The notes under the pieces were generated by a model. It was not told the origin of the DNA, did not search any database, and was given only the letters and a program-made list of their open reading frames with translations. A DNA stretch of 64,000 nt, from NCBI GenBank assembly GCA_964428315.1, contig CAYRXT010000008.1, positions 6,140 to 70,139 on the forward strand, in the 5' to 3' direction. Every line of letters starts with the position of its first letter. Positions within the stretch are counted from its first letter, which is position 1. The DNA comes from an uncultured Planctomycetales bacterium. GTDB lineage: Bacteria > Omnitrophota > Gorgyraeia > Zapsychrales > CAYRXT01. The position numbers were made by a program, and so were the translations under genes. Shown in pieces: positions 49,513 to 57,393 of the stretch.

Positions 49513-49590
49513 GGTCACCATGTCACAAAGTCACAAGGTCACAAAGTCACAAGGTCACCTATGTCCCGGTGACAAGGTGAACTAGTGACC
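49513..49590. repeat. Tandem 8-mer repeat GTCACAA(A/G) with inverted GTGAC copies
   Basis: gtcacaaa gtcacaag gtcacaaa gtcacaag gtcacc followed by ggtgacaaggtga..gtgacc. Confidence 0.8.
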
Positions 49591-50547
49591 TTATTTTTCT
49601 CCCCATACCTTTTTACAATATTCAACCGTCTTCCTCAAACCGCCTTCAAAATCGACGAGAGGTTCAAAACCGGTTTTCTCTCTGATCCTGCTGATATCGC
49701 CGTGAGTCTTGAAGACATCCCCCGGGCGCACAGGAAGAAATTGCGGTTTGATGTCCTTGCCGAAAATTTTGTTCAGGACCTCAACAAGCTGGAGGACGGT
49801 GTGGTCCTTTCCGTTCGCCACGTTCAGGACTTCGTGTTTGATGCCGGGCGCGGTGGCCGCCAGGTAATTGGCCGATATAACGTTTTCGATGAAGGTAAAG
49901 TCCCGCGACTGTTTTCCGTCTCCGAAAACCGGCGGCTGCTGGTCATGCATGATGCAGTGAATAAACTTGGGCACGACGACGGCGTATTCGTCATCAAGCG
50001 CCTGGCGGGGGCCGAAAACGTTGAAATACCGCAGACAGACCGTTTCCAACCCGTAGTGCTCGGAGAAAATGCGGCAGTAATATTCACCGGCAAGCTTGCT
50101 TAAGGCGTAAGGCGAAATCAAAAGCGGATAAAACGTTTCGCTTTCCGGGAAACTGTCCGTGTCGCCGTAGACGGAGCTGGACGAGGCCATGACCAGCCGT
50201 CTTATCTTCTTTTGGGACGCCGCCCTTAAGAGCGTCAGGGTGCCGTTGATGTTGACGTCATTGTAACTGTAAGGGTCGTCCATGGACTTCGGTACGGACC
50301 GCAGAGCGGCCTGGTGAAGCACATAGTCCATCCCATCGCATGAGGCATGGCAGGTTCCGGCGTCCCGGATGTCCCCCCGAACAAGCTCAAACCTATCCTT
50401 TCCCAACCCTCGGGCAAAAACCAGGTTTTCTTCTTTGCCCGAATAAAAATTATCCAGGACCCGGACGAAATGTCCGTCCGCAACCAGTTTTTGTGCGATA
50501 TTGGATCCTATAAAACCGGCCCCGCCGGTGATCAGATATTTTGACAT
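49591..50547 (-). CDS. SDR family NDP-sugar 4-epimerase (UDP-GlcNAc/GalNAc(A) epimerase, WbpP-like)
   Basis: TGGAGFIGS, HQAA..SVP.S, SSSSVYG, YALSK, RYFNVFGPRQ and RDFT motifs. Confidence 0.88.
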   Translation of the reverse strand: MSKYLITGGAGFIGSNIAQKLVADGHFVRVLDNFYSGKEENLVFARGLGKDRFELVRGDIRDAGTCHASCDGMDYVLHQAALRSVPKSMDDPYSYNDVNINGTLTLLRAASQKKIRRLVMASSSSVYGDTDSFPESETFYPLLISPYALSKLAGEYYCRIFSEHYGLETVCLRYFNVFGPRQALDDEYAVVVPKFIHCIMHDQQPPVFGDGKQSRDFTFIENVISANYLAATAPGIKHEVLNVANGKDHTVLQLVEVLNKIFGKDIKPQFLPVRPGDVFKTHGDISRIREKTGFEPLVDFEGGLRKTVEYCKKVWGEK

Positions 50548-50601
50548 GGATGCCATTCCTTTCGTTGACAGCGCGGCGAAACCCGCGCGGAGACTTAATC
50601 A

Positions 50602-51387
50602 TTACAGATATCGGTAAATATATTCCGGCAGGTGATATTCGACATTCACCAGGACATACCCCAGCAGATGGACATGCGCCTGATGAAGGAGTTCAGTTGC
50701 CCGGTCGACTATGCCCCTCTGCGTTCGGCCGGCCTGGATGACAAGCAGGGCTCCGTCCGTGTACGAACCGATAATGCCGGGGTCGGTCACGGAAATGAGC
50801 GGCGGGGTATCGATAAGGATAAGGTCGTATTTGTGTTTAAGCTCGAATATGAGGTTTTTCATTGTGTCCGAGCTGACAAGTTCGACAGGATTGTGCGGGG
50901 TGATCCCGGACGCCATAAAGGTCAGGTTTTCCATGTCGATTTTGAACAGGGCCTCGTCCGTTTTGACTTCGCCGGAAAGGACGTCGCTCAAGCCCACTTC
51001 CTGATCCACGCCGAGATACTTCTGAACTCGTCCCCGGCGCATATCCGCGTCAATCATCAGAATTTTCGGTTTGTGCATGAGCTGGGCGAACGAGATGGCG
51101 AGGTTCAGTGCCGTAATGGACTTGCCTTCCGAGTGGATGGAGCTTGTAATGGTGATGGCCTTGGGGGCCTTCCCCTTGTTCATAGACATCAGATTGGTCA
51201 TCAGTATTTTGTATTGTTCCGTGATAGGGGACTTGGCGTCAAAATAGGAAACGATCCGCGGATCGATGTTGGACCCTTCCATTTTTTTGACCACCATGCT
51301 GTCATGTTGTTTGATACGGCTGATGCGGTCAAGACGCGTGATCTTGTCTTCGGTCGCCTTTTTGAGGGCGTCGGTTATTCTTCCCAT
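50602..51387 (-). CDS. CpsD/CapB family protein-tyrosine kinase
   Basis: E.Y..L.TN, EGKS, IDADMR and IDTPP motifs; Tyr-rich C-terminus. Confidence 0.92.
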   Translation of the reverse strand: MGRITDALKKATEDKITRLDRISRIKQHDSMVVKKMEGSNIDPRIVSYFDAKSPITEQYKILMTNLMSMNKGKAPKAITITSSIHSEGKSITALNLAISFAQLMHKPKILMIDADMRRGRVQKYLGVDQEVGLSDVLSGEVKTDEALFKIDMENLTFMASGITPHNPVELVSSDTMKNLIFELKHKYDLILIDTPPLISVTDPGIIGSYTDGALLVIQAGRTQRGIVDRATELLHQAHVHLLGYVLVNVEYHLPEYIYRYL

Positions 51388-51420
51388 GATTTTCCTTTCA
51401 TGAAGTTTGTGTGTTTCCCG

Positions 51421-51630
51421 TTAATCCATTAAAAAGCTGTTGAACTGTTTTTGGATTTTTGCCGTCAAGGTTTCCATGCGACGGATATCCGTTCGGACCT
51501 TGCGGGCATTGTTCCGCATGTGCTCAATATCCCGGAGCAACAGAAAAGAATGCCAGGAGGTTTTCGGAATATCCCCTGTCTTCGACCTGTTGTCCTGCAC
51601 TTTTTTTAAAGCCATGATGATACGGCTCAT
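51421..51630 (-). CDS. Small hypothetical coiled-coil protein
   Basis: RBS GGAGG; N-terminus MSRIIMALKK resembles those of its neighbours. Confidence 0.55.
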   Translation of the reverse strand: MSRIIMALKKVQDNRSKTGDIPKTSWHSFLLLRDIEHMRNNARKVRTDIRRMETLTAKIQKQFNSFLMD

Positions 51631-51643
51631 GCCGCGCCCCCTC

Positions 51644-52171
51644 CTATTTCTGATTCTTCAGCTTATTGATCTCGCTGCTCGTTATCCTGTTCAAATCATT
51701 AATATAGGCCCGCAGAGCGTTGTTGGACACAGTAAGCTTGCTGATACCGTCCTCAGCCTCTTTCAGGGCTCGACGGGTCTCTGCCACGCTGGTTTCCATG
51801 GTCTTGAGACTGTTTTCATTTTGGAATTTAAGATTTTTCACGAGACGTTGAAGATCCGCGATCTGTTTTTTGTATTCATCGATTTCCCACGTTTCTTTGT
51901 AGCGATATTGATCGGCCAATGCCGCGGCCTCACGCACATGAAAAAAGGATTTCAAGCTCATGACAAAAGACAGCCCGCTGATGATCCCGATCAACGCCAA
52001 CAGGCTGACATGAAAATGGACGGCTGGCCTAGCGGAACTGCCGCTGACGATCCTGCCGGTACCATACGTCTTGATGTCCGGATCCGGCCCGCCGGCCTTC
52101 TGCGCCCCTTCCGTTTTGCCTGATGGACGTGAGCCCTTGGCTTTATCGAGTTCTTTAATCGTCTTGCTCAT
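51644..52171 (-). CDS. Hypothetical bitopic membrane protein with periplasmic coiled coil
   Basis: One TM helix followed by a heptad-rich C-terminus; RBS GAGG. Confidence 0.65.
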   Translation of the reverse strand: MSKTIKELDKAKGSRPSGKTEGAQKAGGPDPDIKTYGTGRIVSGSSARPAVHFHVSLLALIGIISGLSFVMSLKSFFHVREAAALADQYRYKETWEIDEYKKQIADLQRLVKNLKFQNENSLKTMETSVAETRRALKEAEDGISKLTVSNNALRAYINDLNRITSSEINKLKNQK

Positions 52172-52206
52172 TTCTTCCCTCGTTCTTGTTGGTAAATATC
52201 CGGGGA

Positions 52207-53130
52207 TTACTGCCGTTCAAAAAACAACGACTCCCATGATGCGGGTTGATCCTGTTCAAACAAATCCGGCGGATGAGAAGCCAGGATGCGTTCGATGTCT
52301 TCCTTGGAGGCCTTTGACGCGATCTGGTTCATCGGCGAATCCTGGATGGCCTCAACAAGTATCTTTTCGTCAATCACATCGGCGCCGCAGGTGTACCCCG
52401 CCAGGAGGGCGCTGTCGCAGATCTGGTTGACAAGCCGCGGGACCCCTTTGGAAAATGCGAAAACCAGCCGCAGGGCTCCTTCGGTAAAATACCGCCTCTC
52501 CGATCCGCTGGCTAGCCTCAACCTGTGCACTATATAGTTAAGGCATTCTTCCTGCGTCAGCGGCTGAAGATGATAATAGACGGCAATCCGCTGTCTGAGC
52601 TGTTCCAGCCGGTTCAGGGCAAGTTTCTGTTTGAGCTCAGGCTGTCCCAGCAGGATAATCTGGATAAGCTTTTCCGACTCCGTCTCCAGATTGGAAAGCA
52701 TCCGGATCTCTTCCAGTACGGAAGGAGAAAGATTCTGGGCCTCGTCAACGATCAGCACGACGTTGTGGTCATACCGCAATTGTTCGATAAGATATTGATT
52801 AAGCTGCGACAACAAGCGGGCCTTGGACCCGTTCGCGTACTCCACCTCCAGATCGTCCAGAATCGTCATCAGGAGGTCCTTAGGCGTAAGGTGGGTATTG
52901 GTGATCAGCGCCGTGTGGGTATCGCTTTCCAGTTTATTGAGCAAAGTCCGGCACACGGTCGTTTTGCCCGACCCGATGTCGCCGGTTATGACCACGAAGC
53001 CCTTTCGTTCCAATATCGCGTAAATGAGCGTGTTCAAAGCCTCGGCGTGTTTGCCGCTTTCGAAAAAGTATTTCGAATTAGGCGTGATGCTGAAAGGTAT
53101 TTCCTGAAATCCGTAAAAGTTTTTATACAT
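52207..53130 (-). CDS. ExeA-like AAA ATPase (PEP-CTERM-locus secretion ATPase type)
   Basis: MY..FYG....PF, GDIGSGKT, VDEAQNL, GQPEL and G.PR.VN motifs. Confidence 0.92.
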   Translation of the reverse strand: MYKNFYGFQEIPFSITPNSKYFFESGKHAEALNTLIYAILERKGFVVITGDIGSGKTTVCRTLLNKLESDTHTALITNTHLTPKDLLMTILDDLEVEYANGSKARLLSQLNQYLIEQLRYDHNVVLIVDEAQNLSPSVLEEIRMLSNLETESEKLIQIILLGQPELKQKLALNRLEQLRQRIAVYYHLQPLTQEECLNYIVHRLRLASGSERRYFTEGALRLVFAFSKGVPRLVNQICDSALLAGYTCGADVIDEKILVEAIQDSPMNQIASKASKEDIERILASHPPDLFEQDQPASWESLFFERQ

Positions 53131-53155
53131 TATGTCTCCCTTCCGAGCAAACGTG

Positions 53156-54439
53156 TTACTGCAGGAATATCGAAGCCGCCACGGCCATGCACACACAGAT
53201 AACACCCATGATGATTGTCAGGGTCACCACCCAGCGGTTATGGTCCTTTTCACTGCGGATGCTTTCCAGGGTGCTGATTCTGGAAACCGCCCCCAGAAGC
53301 GGCCGGCCGAGATATTCCTTCGCGTCTTCAACGTCAAGAAACGACTTGTCAAGGAATTCTGTCCCGACCACAAGACCGACGCCGATGGTACCCCCCAGCA
53401 TCAACCCGGCGAAGGCCAGAAGGAGCTTGTTTGGTTTGAATGGTTTGAGGGGAAGCCGGGCCGGATTAAGGATCTTGTATTTTGTGCCTTCTTTTGAGGC
53501 CTGAAGGCGCTGGGTTATCTTTGCCGTCTCCAGGCGCTGGAGCAGCATGTTATAAATGCCCTCGTTAACCTGCACGTCCCTGGCCATGACATTGTCCAGT
53601 TTTTCCGTGAGCATGACCTTGGCGATTCCGGCCTCAATGATGTCCCCGCCTTCATCGCTGGGCGTCGTTTCCACCTTCTTCAAAGCCTTTTTGATTTCAT
53701 CGATCAGAGGGTTTGTCGACTGCATTTTCAAGACAGAACTCTCGGTGAACTCCAGATTCTCCTTACTGAGCTCCTCCCTTTTTGCGGCGATCTGTTCGCG
53801 CAGTTGTTTGACCAGCGGATGTTTTTCCGTCGAATCGATGAGCAGGGCGTCAAGCTGTTCCTGCAGCTGGGCGATCTCGGCGGATTTAATCTTGCCCTTA
53901 TAGACCTGTAGCTGTTCTTCAATGAATTTGATCGCGTCGGCTGTTTCCTGGTTCTGGATCTGCACGTTGCGTTCGATAAAGATATCTGTCAAGTTTTTCA
54001 CGATGGCCTGTGTGGATCCGGGGTCGGCGCCGGCATAGGAAAGGTCGATGATGTTGGTGCCGCGCATGGAGATGTCGACCTTGTCCCGTATCCCCAGGAC
54101 AAGTTGCTCGAAATCATATGTTGTCTTGATGTCCTTGTCGAGATTCAGACGCTTGACGAGAGTGACAAGGCTGTCCCAGCCGAGCATCGATTCGCGGATT
54201 GTCGCGAGCCGCTGCTGCACGGTCGTTGATACCGCGATATTCTGAAAAAGCGGGTTGTCGGTTTTCCCTTCCTCGACAAGAAGGATGGTAGAGGACTTAT
54301 ATTCCTTGGGCATGAGGATCCCCGCGCAGATGCCTAAAACCAGTCCGAAAAAAACGGGGACAAAAAAGAGCAGCTTCCTTCGAAAAAAGATCTTCAGAAA
54401 ATTCATCGGGGTCAACGTGATCTGCTTTTGATAGCTCAT
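53156..54439 (-). CDS. Polysaccharide co-polymerase / chain length determinant (Wzz/Wzc-N, GumC-like)
   Basis: TM, P..Y.S, coiled coil, HP, PA..P..P..P, TM, E..D.S...LG.P.LG arrangement; one extra C-terminal TM helix. Confidence 0.88.
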   Translation of the reverse strand: MSYQKQITLTPMNFLKIFFRRKLLFFVPVFFGLVLGICAGILMPKEYKSSTILLVEEGKTDNPLFQNIAVSTTVQQRLATIRESMLGWDSLVTLVKRLNLDKDIKTTYDFEQLVLGIRDKVDISMRGTNIIDLSYAGADPGSTQAIVKNLTDIFIERNVQIQNQETADAIKFIEEQLQVYKGKIKSAEIAQLQEQLDALLIDSTEKHPLVKQLREQIAAKREELSKENLEFTESSVLKMQSTNPLIDEIKKALKKVETTPSDEGGDIIEAGIAKVMLTEKLDNVMARDVQVNEGIYNMLLQRLETAKITQRLQASKEGTKYKILNPARLPLKPFKPNKLLLAFAGLMLGGTIGVGLVVGTEFLDKSFLDVEDAKEYLGRPLLGAVSRISTLESIRSEKDHNRWVVTLTIIMGVICVCMAVAASIFLQ

Positions 54440-54484
54440 TGCGTGATTATTACTCCTTTGTTTGTCGTGCGTTGTTTTATACCA

Positions 54485-55309
54485 TCAATATCCAGGATAA
54501 ACCGAACGGGCTGTCCCGGCCGTACTGCCGATGGGCTGTGTCACCGGGCTGATGACCCTCATGGCCTTGGCCATGACCGTGGCCGGTATATACAGGGTGT
54601 CTCCGGGTTTCATGATGACATTCTCCCGGAGATCTCCTTCATAAAGCAGAGCAAAGACATTGACGTATTTGATGTCGGGTTTGCCGTCTTCGGATGGCGT
54701 AATTAACCTGCATTTTTTGGTTGAGGCGCTTAACAGAGGAAGTCCGGCCTGGACCAAGGCCTCGCGGATTGTGATAACGTCACCCTGCATGAATATTTTT
54801 CCGGGCGCGCCGACCTCTCCGATAACGTAGACTATCTTGCTGTTGTATGCCGTAATCTTGACTGTGACATCAGGGGAAATAATGTATTCCGACAGGATAT
54901 CCGTCAGAACATTGGTGAGTTCATCTTTTGTTAATCCGGCAACCTTAACGTCGCCCACGTAGTCATACTGGATTTTCCCTTCCTTATTGATCTCGAATTC
55001 ACCGCTGAATTCCGGGTGCCGGAGAACAGAAATCTCGATCACGTCCGTTGGGCCCAAGGTGTAATTGCTCGGGTCGCGCAGTCCCACCTCCATGGGCGCG
55101 GTTTTTAGAAGCTCCGTCAGTTCATCGTTCTTTTCCAATGGTTCTTTGAGGAGAGAACCTGTTTGGGCCGAATTCAACGCGGCCTCGCTTTCCTCGGATT
55201 CCTTCCCGTAAAAATTCGCGAAATTCTGAGCCTCCGCCTGACCCGCCGTTATCAGCAGGGCAAAGACAATGAGACCGATACAGATTATACAGAATGCCAG
55301 TCTTTTCAT
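54485..55309 (-). CDS. Polysaccharide export (Wza/OPX family) protein
   Basis: Y.LGP.D...V, G.I...VG.V.VAG.T, VYVIGEV..PG and PGD...IP motifs; Sec signal without a lipobox. Confidence 0.88.
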   Translation of the reverse strand: MKRLAFCIICIGLIVFALLITAGQAEAQNFANFYGKESEESEAALNSAQTGSLLKEPLEKNDELTELLKTAPMEVGLRDPSNYTLGPTDVIEISVLRHPEFSGEFEINKEGKIQYDYVGDVKVAGLTKDELTNVLTDILSEYIISPDVTVKITAYNSKIVYVIGEVGAPGKIFMQGDVITIREALVQAGLPLLSASTKKCRLITPSEDGKPDIKYVNVFALLYEGDLRENVIMKPGDTLYIPATVMAKAMRVISPVTQPIGSTAGTARSVYPGY

Positions 55310-55330
55310 TAGATCACCTCTTCCTTTATA

Positions 55331-55546
55331 TTAGTCAAACAGAGCCTCATGAAAGGCCTTGATTCTCGATACGTCATCTTCGTTATAGACCCTCCATCCA
55401 CGCCAATCGCGTTTGGGTCTTTTGACTTTTCCCATGCTTTCCCAGCGGGCAATTGTTTTTGTACTTACCCCGATAATCCTGGCAACATCGGTGATAGTAA
55501 GCCTTTTGCGCACCTGTACCCCCCCTTCAATTTGCTCTTTAATCAT
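55331..55546 (-). CDS. Stand-alone MerR-like (BldC/Xis-type) helix-turn-helix protein
   Basis: LTITDVARIIGVSTKTIARWE..G...PKRDWRGWRVY...DV; no effector domain. Confidence 0.85.
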   Translation of the reverse strand: MIKEQIEGGVQVRKRLTITDVARIIGVSTKTIARWESMGKVKRPKRDWRGWRVYNEDDVSRIKAFHEALFD

Positions 55547-55600
55547 ACGATAACCGCCTTTCAAAAAATGTAGGTTACAATTTCGTATACCAGAATATAG

Positions 55601-55616
55601 AGCAATTATCATACCA
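55601..55616 (-). promoter_or_regulatory. Sigma54 -24/-12 promoter for the EPS operon
   Basis: TGGTATG-ATAA-TTGCT (GG-N10-GC), 55 bp upstream of the HTH start. Confidence 0.7.
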
Positions 55617-55732
55617 TTTAAGAAAACGATTTCTCATATCTAAATAATTATTATAACTTATTGTTGGTATAAAGGTTACATAATTGCACAGAGCTAATTT
55701 ATTGCTGAGTTGAATAGTCATGTATTTCTGTA

Positions 55733-55750
55733 TGTTTAACATAATTAACA
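55733..55750. promoter_or_regulatory. Candidate enhancer TGTT-N10-AACA
   Basis: TGTTTAACATAATTAACA resembles the 12041 palindrome and lies about 120 bp upstream of the sigma54 site. Confidence 0.45.
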
Positions 55751-55906
55751 ATAATGTCTATGACATGGTAGGACAATCCCAGAAATTATGCGTTAAGTTG
55801 CATTTATGTCATGTCTAACAATTTGAACCATAAGTAAGTCCTTTTTAAACAAATAGTTAGAAGGAATTTTGATAATCATTTGAAATTTGTAATATTTGGA
55901 TCCGCA

Positions 55907-55922
55907 TGGTATACTTTTTGCT
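55907..55922 (+). promoter_or_regulatory. Sigma54-binding site abutting the rpoN start codon
   Basis: TGGTATA-CTTT-TTGCT immediately followed by ATG 55923. Confidence 0.6.
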
Positions 55923-57284
55923 ATGGACCAGCGTCTATCAAAATTGCAGGTTCAAAAACAGATATTATCTCCTGTTATGCAGAGGTCGATTACCATCCTG
56001 ACCCTGCCGATCACGGAACTCAACCAGGCCATTGAAACAGAGCTTCAGGATAATCCTTTTCTCGAGTCCGAAGAAGACATGAACCAGATGGTTGAATTGC
56101 CGCCAGAGGGCGCCCCAACGTCTTTGGAATTGATGTATCAGATGGCCGAGGATGAGCTTCCTGATAAGTCTACGGGTAAGAAGGAAGAGGTCTTTTTCCG
56201 GGTTGCCCAGGCCATATCCTTAAGCGATTATCTTCTTCAGCAGCTTCGTATTGAGCTAAGCGATCCGGAAGATATCAGGATCGGTGAGGTCATTATAGGG
56301 AATATCAACGATAACGGTTATCTTACGGTTTCTCTTGATGACATCGCGGGGCAATGCGGATTAACCGAAACCGGCAGAATCCTGCGCATTCTTTCACGCA
56401 TTCAAACATTTGATCCGCCCGGGGTGGGGGCGAGAGATATCAAGGAGTGCCTTGCTATTCAGCTGGACAACCTGGAGTGGGACGACAAGCCTTTGGCCTT
56501 ACAGATCATTCAAGATCACTGGGATGATCTGGCGAAGAAGAGATTTGACCTGATTGCCCGACGTTTGAGCATTTCCACGGAACGGACGAAACACATATTT
56601 AACTTTATCTCAGGGCTCGAGCCGAAACCGGCGCGCAATTTTTTCCCGATCAACACGCAAATCTATGTCAAACCGGATCTGTTTGTCGTCAGGCAAGGTG
56701 ACGGCCTTGAAGTCAAAATAAATTCCGAGGGGGTCCCCCTTTTGAAGATCAGCCCGCTATACAGGGCAATGCTCAGAAAGGAGAATTTAACCGACGAGGA
56801 AAGAGCTTTCTTGAAAAACAAAATGGAAAGCGCCGTGCAGTTTATACGCAGCATCAGACAAAGAGAAACCACTTTGCGCAATATCGCCGAGGATATTCTC
56901 CGTCATCAACAGCGATTTTTTGAGATGGGCCCTGTCGGGCTGTGCCCCCTGACTTTAAAGGACGTCGCCGGACGCATCGACCGCGATGAGTCAACGGTCT
57001 CGCGCACTATCCGCAACAAATATATGGACACGCCGATGGGGATCTTTCCCATGAAGTTCTTTTTTTCCAATGCCGTGGCCATGGAAAATAACGGCAAGAC
57101 AACTTCACGGGGCATCAAGGAAGAACTTAAAGAGCTTATTAACGGCGAAGATAAAACGAAACCTCTTTCTGACCAGGCCATTGTTGAATATTTCAGGAAA
57201 AAAGGGATGATATTGGCCAGGAGGACTGTCGCCAAATATCGTCAGAACTGCCGTATTTCTCCCTCCCATCTCCGTAAGGAATAA
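55923..57284 (+). CDS. rpoN: RNA polymerase sigma-54 factor
   Basis: Gln/Leu-rich region I, NPFLE, Q.FDP.GVGAR, ESTVSR, PLSD and RpoN box ARRTVAKYR. Confidence 0.96.
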   Translation: MDQRLSKLQVQKQILSPVMQRSITILTLPITELNQAIETELQDNPFLESEEDMNQMVELPPEGAPTSLELMYQMAEDELPDKSTGKKEEVFFRVAQAISLSDYLLQQLRIELSDPEDIRIGEVIIGNINDNGYLTVSLDDIAGQCGLTETGRILRILSRIQTFDPPGVGARDIKECLAIQLDNLEWDDKPLALQIIQDHWDDLAKKRFDLIARRLSISTERTKHIFNFISGLEPKPARNFFPINTQIYVKPDLFVVRQGDGLEVKINSEGVPLLKISPLYRAMLRKENLTDEERAFLKNKMESAVQFIRSIRQRETTLRNIAEDILRHQQRFFEMGPVGLCPLTLKDVAGRIDRDESTVSRTIRNKYMDTPMGIFPMKFFFSNAVAMENNGKTTSRGIKEELKELINGEDKTKPLSDQAIVEYFRKKGMILARRTVAKYRQNCRISPSHLRKE

Positions 57285-57393
57285 TAAGGCGAACTCATTG
57301 ACCTCTGACATTGATCTGGGGGGCGGCCAGCGGACATCAATGAGCAGAGGGAATCACAATGAGCTGCCCTATTATTCGCTTTCAGAAATAGAC

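Noticed and set aside
49591-50547. rmlB call for the SDR gene next to rfbA
   Set aside because: Lacks the RmlB HxAAESHVD and STDEVYG motifs and instead matches the WbpP-type epimerase pattern
55666-55681. TGGTATAAAGGTTACA as a plus-strand sigma54 promoter for rpoN
   Set aside because: AC instead of the conserved GC at -12
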